Shown here: positions 57,130 to 64,000 of the stretch, one piece after another
Position numbering within the stretch: position 1 is the first letter of the stretch
How the letters are laid out: each line of letters starts with the position of its first letter
NCBI GenBank assembly: GCA_045106195.1
Contig: JBGCEH010000001.1
Location: 105,887-169,886 of the forward strand
DNA: 64,000 bases
Direction: 5' to 3'
DNA from: Granulosicoccus sp.
GTDB lineage: Bacteria; Pseudomonadota; Gammaproteobacteria; Granulosicoccales; Granulosicoccaceae
Program-made: the position numbers and the translations under genes
The notes under the pieces: model-generated
Seen by the model: only the letters and a program-made list of their open reading frames with translations
What the model was told of the DNA's origin: nothing
The model's database searches: none

Positions 57130-59541
57130 ATGTCACTGGAGGATCGACAACGGCTGGAAGAGGATTTGCGCTGTCCGCGTATCGTTCAGTTGCACATGGC
57201 GCTGGTGCGTTTACGCTCGTGCATCAAATTCATGAACAGCGGTGCGCACCCTGATGATGAGACGTCGGCCTTGCTGGCAGCGCTTGCCTATCGGGATGGC
57301 TTCGATATTTCCTATGCATGCGCCAATCGTGGTGAAGGAGGTCAGAACGATATCGGTACCGAATCCAGCGCCATGCTGGGAACAGTGCGTACCGCGGAGA
57401 TGGAAGCCGCTGCCAGAGTACTGGACTTGCGGCTCTACTGGCTCTCCACTCATCCACAGGACACTATCTTCGATTTCGGATTTTCCAAAAGTGGGCACGA
57501 GACATTACGCAAGTGGGGGCATGAGCGAACCCTGCAACGCTTTGTAAGCATTGTGCGTCGCGAGCAGCCAGACATCCTGTGTCCGACGTTTCTGGATATA
57601 CCGGGGCAACATGGGCATCACCGGGCGATGACCGCCATGGCTTACGCGGTTATGGAGCGAGCAGCAGACAAGGATTATCGTGTCGACGGATCAAACGATC
57701 CAGCCTGGCAGATCAGCAAACTGTTTCTGCCTGCCTGGGGTGGAGGTGGCAACGCTTATGATGATGAAGAGCCACCTCCTGAAGAAACGCTGCGAGTCTC
57801 TGCCAGTGGGCGGGATCCGGTAACGGGGTGGAGCTGGGAAAATCTGGGCCAACAGTCAAGAAAGTTTCACCTGACGCAGGGAATGGGACGCTGGGTAATG
57901 AGTGGCGATGAGCGTGACTGGCCATTGCATCTGGCCAAAACAGCGCTTGACGTACCGTGTGAACCTACCCGTTCTCTGGAGAGTGGTCTGGCTTATGACT
58001 TTACTCAATGGGCTGAACGTGAAGATAACGGTCAATTAGCAAGTCAGCTGTTAAACGTTCACGAGGCCCTCACGGCAACGGTTATCGGGTTTCCTGACTT
58101 CAGGGCGGTCACTGAAAACGGATTTGCTGCCATAAGTTCGATTAACCAGGCAAGGCAACTGGCGCAATCCACTGCAAATCCGGTTCTGGATAACAGACTA
58201 GCCCGCAAACAGGCGCAAGTTACCAGAGCCATAATGCTTGCCAGCGGTGTCAGGGCAACAGTCTGGACACCGCGTACCCTATGGCGACCCGGTGATGTCA
58301 GTGACATAAACATTGATGTGAATAAGCCGGATGTGCCAGGTGTTCACTACGAAGTAGGGGTCTTGAGTTCGTTCGCACAGCCAGAGAATTCCCCCTGGCA
58401 AATTGAAGGTAGTTCCTTGTCGTTGAGTCAATCCGCATCACTTGAATCACCCTACCCTGATATCTGGCTTGCTGATGAGCCAACAGGGCCTGTCGTGCAA
58501 GTCAAACTTGACTACAAATGTATCAGTACGAGTTACTACCAGCCGCTGGAAGTGCCACCGATTGTTCTGTCATCAGTCAGTGCGCAGCTCACTCCAGATG
58601 TTTTTCTTGTAAACCTGGAGAGGCCACCGGTGGCATTGACTGTCAATGTGAACAAACGTCATCCTGACCATGCCATGGCACTTTTCTCTCTTCCTGAAGG
58701 CTGGTCGCAGGAGGCAGTAGATAATCAGCTGAAGCTGAGCATGGCATCAACTCTGGAAGCCGGGTTATATGAGCTGCCACTTCAACTCGATGACTGTCAA
58801 GCAAACGATGAGCGGCTACTCAACTATTCTCATATAAAGCCCAGAGTGTTCAGCAAGCCTTCCGTTCTGCGTGTGCGTGCAACGGCTATAGCACTACCCG
58901 ATGTTCGTATCGGTTATGTGGGAGGCGGTAACGACAGGGTTGCAGTCTGGCTTCGGGCGATGGGTTTTGACGTTCATGAGATCAGTGACGAAGAGCTTGT
59001 TGATGGTGATGCTCTCGCGCAAGCATTAATTACAATAGACACTCTGGTCGTGGGCGTATTTGCCTATCGGATGCGAAACTCTCTGGCAAGCCTTGCCCCG
59101 ACTATCAACAGCTGGGTTGAATCAGGCGGGCACTTGCTAACGCTTTACCACCGTCCCTGGGACAACTGGCATCCGGATCTAATCCCACCGGCAAGGCTCG
59201 AGATTGGACAACCCTCACTACGGTACCGGGTGACTGATGAAAATGCAGATGTAACGTACTTGCAGGAAGATCATTCCGTACTTCATTTTCCGAATGTCAT
59301 TCAGGACGATGACTGGCAAGGATGGCACAAGGAGCGTGGGCTTTATTTTGCAAAGTCGTGGGACAGTTGCTATGCCCCGATTCTGTCAATGAAAGATCCT
59401 GAGGAGCTACCCCATGAGGGCGCACTGTTAGTAGCTACTATAGGAGAAGGCCAGCACATACATACATCACTAATTCTTCACCACCAAATGGACATGCTTG
59501 TTCCAGGTGCTTTCAGGCTAATGGCAAATCTTCTTGCCTGA
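57130..59541 (+). CDS. Large PIG-L/LmbE-family zinc deacetylase/amidase with GATase-like C-terminal domain
   Basis: GAHPDDE, NRGEGGQN.IG.E, HGHH metal motifs; C-terminal IGYVGGGND...GGHLLTLYHRPWDNW...W.GWHKERGLYF; no signal peptide; ATG 57130 (track 57097). Confidence 0.9.
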   Translation: MSLEDRQRLEEDLRCPRIVQLHMALVRLRSCIKFMNSGAHPDDETSALLAALAYRDGFDISYACANRGEGGQNDIGTESSAMLGTVRTAEMEAAARVLDLRLYWLSTHPQDTIFDFGFSKSGHETLRKWGHERTLQRFVSIVRREQPDILCPTFLDIPGQHGHHRAMTAMAYAVMERAADKDYRVDGSNDPAWQISKLFLPAWGGGGNAYDDEEPPPEETLRVSASGRDPVTGWSWENLGQQSRKFHLTQGMGRWVMSGDERDWPLHLAKTALDVPCEPTRSLESGLAYDFTQWAEREDNGQLASQLLNVHEALTATVIGFPDFRAVTENGFAAISSINQARQLAQSTANPVLDNRLARKQAQVTRAIMLASGVRATVWTPRTLWRPGDVSDINIDVNKPDVPGVHYEVGVLSSFAQPENSPWQIEGSSLSLSQSASLESPYPDIWLADEPTGPVVQVKLDYKCISTSYYQPLEVPPIVLSSVSAQLTPDVFLVNLERPPVALTVNVNKRHPDHAMALFSLPEGWSQEAVDNQLKLSMASTLEAGLYELPLQLDDCQANDERLLNYSHIKPRVFSKPSVLRVRATAIALPDVRIGYVGGGNDRVAVWLRAMGFDVHEISDEELVDGDALAQALITIDTLVVGVFAYRMRNSLASLAPTINSWVESGGHLLTLYHRPWDNWHPDLIPPARLEIGQPSLRYRVTDENADVTYLQEDHSVLHFPNVIQDDDWQGWHKERGLYFAKSWDSCYAPILSMKDPEELPHEGALLVATIGEGQHIHTSLILHHQMDMLVPGAFRLMANLLA

Positions 59542-59754
59542 GCAACGATTCTTAACGAATAGTTACTTGCTTCTGCACCAGAGACGATTCGGCAATTGAG
59601 GCTTGAAACGTTGTTGTTGCACCTTCAATCACGTTCGACTTCCCCTGCATTGCCGTTTTAGCTATCAAGAGCATCGACAAGCGTTTACCGTAGTTCAGGG
59701 TTCAGACCTCGATTGAAAAACAGCAACGGCGCAAATCGTTCGGTGTCAGGATAA

Positions 59755-62118
59755 TCATGCAGGATCACATGCGAGCATGCCGTTCAGGATGCTTATTGTT
59801 CCCGAACACTTGATTCCCTGATGTCCCGATTCTAATATATTGGCTTTAGGCAGCCTTACCACGAAACGAGCACCATCCGTGTAATTGGTATCCACATGTA
59901 TCGACCCCTCATGGATATTCACGATTCGCCGGCAGATTGACAGACCCAGTCCTGACCCCTCAACGTCCTTTTTCTTATTCAACCTCACGGACGGTTTGAA
60001 TACCTGATCAGCGTACTTGACAGGGATTCCAATCCCATTGTCGGACACAGATATTTCTATCCATTGATTGTCAACATCAATACTATCTACTCTTATGACA
60101 GCATGTTTATTATTTGCTGTGTAATTTAGAGCGTTGCAGATCAAATTGAGAAACAAACTGGTAATCAGACTTTTCTCACCGATTACGTGATGGCTGATAT
60201 CAATCAATATGGTCGCGTCATCATGCGCTACCTGCGTCTTTGTTACCTTTTGGATGTCGCTGAAAATTTCTGCCAGATCAGTCGGCGCAAACGCTTGAGC
60301 TGCGTCAGGTACGCTCATGTAATCAAGTATCCCGGCAGTAAAATTCTTCAATATACGGGTTGAGTCTTTCGCGAGATCGTGCCATTCACGCATCGTATCA
60401 GCATCGAATTTGTCTTCTTCCATGACATTCAGCGCCATTTCAATCTGACGCAATGGTGCCTTTATATCGTGTGCGGCTGCACTTGCCGCAAAAGATTTCA
60501 AACGTGAGCTCTCTTCTGCCCGTATCAGTACTGAGACAAGAATATCGAGAAATTCTCTTACAATTTCCCGGGCAATGATCAGTTCTGCATCTGTCCAGGC
60601 CTGAGAAAAATCATTGTGTTCACCAATCCATCCGGCCAAAGAGTTTCGCGACATCAAGGCGGCGGTACCATCGTGTCCCTCGGCATTAAATTTAGCCGTT
60701 ACCTCTTCAGCCCAATCGATATTTTCCGCTAAGGGCCTACGGAACCAGATCATCTGGCAAGTCCGATGAAGAGCGATAGGTTGAAGCAGCACACCGCAAG
60801 CTGAATCTCTATGTTGTTCAGCCTCGGGCCAGTGCCTGTGTAGAGAACAGGTCTGATATTGTTCCCTCTCATCAGCCTCTGCGCGCACCCATTCAATAAG
60901 CTCAGGTATGAACTCCCTGGGAGGGGTGTGTCCCGTTAGATGAATCTCATCACCGTATTGAAAAGCAAATCCATCCGCATCCATAAACTTCATTAGCGAT
61001 GGACCAAACTCGTCAACAACATCCATAAGTTTGCCTTTTTGCCGCAAATCGCTGGCCAGGTTAATTTCCATCTTGCGTAAGTCCAGAACCCTCTTACTGG
61101 CAATGCGCTTTACGTCATGTGCGATTCGATTTGAAAGGGCAAGGCCCAACTCCCGCAGCGAAGTCCACAAGTCAAAAGGCAAAGCTCTGGACTCATCATG
61201 ATGACAAACGATTAAGCCCCAAGGCTTGCCATCGAGAAAAAGACTTATCGAAAACGATGCTTCGACCTCCATGTTCTGCAAATAGCAAGTGTGCATCGAT
61301 GATACCGAACGCAGTAAAGAATAATTGAGGTCCGGAGGAACCTCATTGTTTTGTGAATACTGCAAAATATCATGCGTCTCACCATGCGCACTGAATATTG
61401 CGCAATATGGCACTGAATTGAACAAGGCGCGTGCTTGCCTGGATATATCAGTATCAGGAAAATGCAAACCCAGAAAGCTGGGCATATGCTCTTCACGGGA
61501 TTCAGCGACGACCCTAACCGACCAGTCGGGCAGATATTGATAGATTTTCACACGGGAAAAACCTGTTATATCACGCGTTGCATTACAGGCAATCTGCAGC
61601 GATTCATCAAGAGTCGTTGAACTCAATATACGATCACATTCCCGCGAAATAACGCGCATACCCCGCCTCACATCATGCACATCAAGATGAGAAGCAGGCA
61701 TAAGTTCGATCACCCAGCGGGCCTGGTAACCATGAACAACAACATCGAAGACAGTACTTTTATTCATGATCTGTACATCAAGAACGCTATGGACACCAAT
61801 CTGATCTGGGTCAAGTTCTGAAAGCTCAGCGGTTAGCGCCTCTATCCAGTCTTTATCAAAATCTGACAAAGAGGTATCCAGTATGTCAACGTGACCTATG
61901 CCAAGAATATCAAGCATGTTTCGACTATACGCAACGATACTCAACGCGCTTTGACAAACAATCAACATGGCACCTTCACACTGCACTGCGCCAAGTAAAC
62001 GCACTTGCTCACGATGGCAAGGATTAATTTCTGTCTGAGGAGTCTGGCTGAAAAATGTAGAAAGTGAAGCAACACTCTCTTCAGGTAGCTGTTCTTGAAT
62101 CTTGATAGCTGTTTTCAT
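59755..62118 (-). CDS. Bacteriophytochrome-like PAS-GAF-PHY histidine kinase with atypical motifs
   Basis: NPCHREQV..LGAVQ.EG, RVKIYQY, FLGLHFPDTDISRQARALF, LRSVSSMH..YLQNM, WGLIVCHH, MDADG, H-box AHDIKAP, N/G boxes; ATG 62118 (track 62211). Confidence 0.9.
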   Translation of the reverse strand: MKTAIKIQEQLPEESVASLSTFFSQTPQTEINPCHREQVRLLGAVQCEGAMLIVCQSALSIVAYSRNMLDILGIGHVDILDTSLSDFDKDWIEALTAELSELDPDQIGVHSVLDVQIMNKSTVFDVVVHGYQARWVIELMPASHLDVHDVRRGMRVISRECDRILSSTTLDESLQIACNATRDITGFSRVKIYQYLPDWSVRVVAESREEHMPSFLGLHFPDTDISRQARALFNSVPYCAIFSAHGETHDILQYSQNNEVPPDLNYSLLRSVSSMHTCYLQNMEVEASFSISLFLDGKPWGLIVCHHDESRALPFDLWTSLRELGLALSNRIAHDVKRIASKRVLDLRKMEINLASDLRQKGKLMDVVDEFGPSLMKFMDADGFAFQYGDEIHLTGHTPPREFIPELIEWVRAEADEREQYQTCSLHRHWPEAEQHRDSACGVLLQPIALHRTCQMIWFRRPLAENIDWAEEVTAKFNAEGHDGTAALMSRNSLAGWIGEHNDFSQAWTDAELIIAREIVREFLDILVSVLIRAEESSRLKSFAASAAAHDIKAPLRQIEMALNVMEEDKFDADTMREWHDLAKDSTRILKNFTAGILDYMSVPDAAQAFAPTDLAEIFSDIQKVTKTQVAHDDATILIDISHHVIGEKSLITSLFLNLICNALNYTANNKHAVIRVDSIDVDNQWIEISVSDNGIGIPVKYADQVFKPSVRLNKKKDVEGSGLGLSICRRIVNIHEGSIHVDTNYTDGARFVVRLPKANILESGHQGIKCSGTISILNGMLACDPA

Positions 62119-62667
62119 TTGTAGACTAGTTTTTTCAATATTGGTTTTCAAACAATTCCAAATAACTTGCCTGTAAGACTCGACTCCACAGTCTTGTCTA
62201 TGTTCGAACATCCGAACCGTCCATCGACACCAACAGGAATTTTCATGATGCTTTTTAGCACTGGCAATAGCTGCACAAAAAATACCAAAACCTGTTTATA
62301 TCAGCGCGCGCGTAACCGATATTATCTGTCCATCGTATTCCAGACTGTAACTAGTGTAGTGGAACATACAAAATGTACATTCAGATTTATAACAGTTACA
62401 AGGATATGAAAAAGGCATTAACCCTGCTTTGATTTCACGAAAAAAAAGTATTATGCGAAAACGCCAAAACACAATAGAGAACTCAGGCCAACCGAGTGCC
62501 GTACTCAAATCATGAATTCTGGAAGACGTTTTTGATCGATTTCGTCTATTTAAAAAGTGAATTTCCGGGACGATGCCATCGACTGAGTACAACCAAAACG
62601 ATCATTGATCAAAATTGCTAGCCAACTCACCATTTCATTGCGTAAGAGCCGGGATGCAGAAGGCGAC

Positions 62668-62862
62668 TCAAGGCGTATGAAGGCAGCGTTTGTCGCTCTC
62701 ACTGTTAATCGGAAGCAGAAGCGTAAACGCACTTCCTTCTCCTAAGCGGCTATTCAATCTAATGTTGCCACCATGTTGCCTGGCGGTATCCTTTGCTATA
62801 GAGAGTCCCAGACCTTCAGATTTCGTAACGTGCTTTTTTCTGCAAGCACTTGAAGTAGACAA
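62668..62862 (-). pseudogene. Remnant of a histidine kinase HATPase_c C-terminus
   Basis: [37 protein letters not shown] is a clear G2 box and terminal strand; in-frame TGA immediately upstream; no H-box or N-box found. Confidence 0.75.
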
Positions 62863-62975
62863 TCAGCGTTTTTCTCGAGACAAGCCTTGATAATCTGTTC
62901 CAGAGTAGCTCAGCCACGAGGCAGGATTGCGAATATGTCCATCACCCCACATCGCGCCCAGGCAGATTTTTGGAA

Positions 62976-64000
62976 CTAGTCTGCTTTTCCCTGAACCACA
63001 CGATTCAGAATCATGGCACAGAACAGGATGGCAAACCCTGCAAGAATTCCCTGTCCAACCGAGGAATATTGAAGCGCCTCTAGAACATCTTCACCCAGAC
63101 CCTTTGCACCGATCAAGGATGCCACAACAACCATGGCCAGACTCAACATTATGGTCTGATTCACTCCTGCCAGTATTGAAGGTGCTGCCAGTGGCAGATC
63201 CACTTTAGTCAGCAAATACCACCTTGACGCACCGAAAGCGATAGCGGCTTCACGAATCGACTCGGGTACACCTCGCATACCAAGCACTGTCAGTCGTACC
63301 ACTGGCGTTCCACCGAATATCATGGTCGTGATCACAGCGGCAGGTTTCCCTACACTGAAGAATGCAATAACGGGGATCATGAATACAAATGATGGCATGG
63401 TTTGCATGAAATCCATGATAGGTCTGATGATGGCATAGACTCTGGGACGTCGAGCGCAAAACAAGCCCAGAGGGATTCCAATGCAGATCGATAGCATGGC
63501 AGCCGTTCCCAGTAATGCCAGAGTGGTCATGGCTTTTTCCCAGAAACCGAAAAGCCCCATGTAGGACAGAAACAGACCCGCCGCCACACACGCCCCTACC
63601 CCTGCTGACAACCAGGTGAGCATAATGATGAAACTTGCAACGACCGGCCAAGGTGAGGAGACAAACACAAGCTCAAGATAATCCAGTACGACGCGAATAC
63701 CCAGCGAAATGGATTCGAACACGAAACGACCATTACGCTTGATGAAATCGAACGTTGCCTCTATACCAGTGATGGCACCCAGTCTTATTTGAGGATCAGT
63801 GGGAAACGTGCTGAGCCATAGCAAGGCACCCGGGAATGCGAAGTGAATGGTGCTCACCGCAAATATGATAATGACAAATCCTGCTGCCACTGTGGTGCGT
63901 GCTGTACTGAGTCCTGCCTTGATAGTGCGATCGGAAAGCCATTGAGAAAAGCGTTTTTCCAGTGCGCTATTGGCAACGACACCTTCGACCAACTTGACAA
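62976..64000 (-). CDS. Glycine betaine/proline ABC transporter permease (ProW/OpuAB-like), 5'-partial
   Basis: IGIPLG, LDFMQT-like IMDFMQTMPSFVF, VRLTVLG, EAAIAFGAS, LPLAAPSILAGVNQTIM, GAKGLG; frame is open to the window edge. Confidence 0.92.
   Translation of the reverse strand, partial: VKLVEGVVANSALEKRFSQWLSDRTIKAGLSTARTTVAAGFVIIIFAVSTIHFAFPGALLWLSTFPTDPQIRLGAITGIEATFDFIKRNGRFVFESISLGIRVVLDYLELVFVSSPWPVVASFIIMLTWLSAGVGACVAAGLFLSYMGLFGFWEKAMTTLALLGTAAMLSICIGIPLGLFCARRPRVYAIIRPIMDFMQTMPSFVFMIPVIAFFSVGKPAAVITTMIFGGTPVVRLTVLGMRGVPESIREAAIAFGASRWYLLTKVDLPLAAPSILAGVNQTIMLSLAMVVVASLIGAKGLGEDVLEALQYSSVGQGILAGFAILFCAMILNRVVQGKAD

Noticed and set aside
59723-59732. ANTAR-like hairpin GC-AACGGC-GC
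   Set aside because: Only one hairpin (two are needed), no terminator, and no plus-strand gene downstream.
1399-62211. Long N-terminal extensions given by the ORF track (e.g. nrtA, nasA, gatB, pdxH, DUF1499, lyase, phytochrome)
   Set aside because: They overlap upstream genes or lack an RBS; family N-termini and SD positions favour the shorter starts listed.
1-64000. CRISPR array, rRNA, integrase, transposase or prophage genes
   Set aside because: No regularly spaced repeats, rRNA-like tracts or recombinase/transposase motifs were seen by eye or in the ORF track.

Overview
Mostly core chromosome of a Gammaproteobacterium; gene content and style suggest a free-living marine lineage such as Granulosicoccaceae (inference, not verified). 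The backbone is the conserved block tRNA-Met / ychF-pth-rplY-prs-tRNA-Gln-ispE-lolB-TPR / hemA-prfA-prmC ... moeB, plus ppx/ppk1, acpH, hslO, gatCAB, slyX, rsmJ, yajQ and pdxH. Accessory material includes the end of an aldehyde:ferredoxin oxidoreductase operon, a HiPIP, a short RNase J, an atypical response regulator, a ~970-aa exported lipase-domain protein, and an ~11-kb LysR + nitrate assimilation cluster wedged between ychF and tRNA-Met and bracketed by an 11-bp direct repeat. Also present are two orphan histidine kinases (one an atypical bacteriophytochrome) and a sugar-type ABC operon containing an argininosuccinate-lyase-like enzyme, divergent from a large PIG-L/LmbE deacetylase. The best leads are: (1) a solitary PetA-like Rieske protein that has lost all four [2Fe-2S] ligands but kept both disulfide cysteines; (2) the ABC + fumarate-lyase + PIG-L locus, a probable uncharacterised catabolic pathway; (3) the phytochrome with altered DIP/PRxSF/WAG motifs; (4) the repeat-bracketed nitrate insert; (5) translation oddities: CTG-start prmC, a probable leaderless hemA, and an unannotated 58-aa ORF. 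No CRISPR array, rRNA, integrase or transposase was seen. All motif calls were made by eye, with no searches run. Several starts were moved from the ORF track using RBS position and family N-termini.
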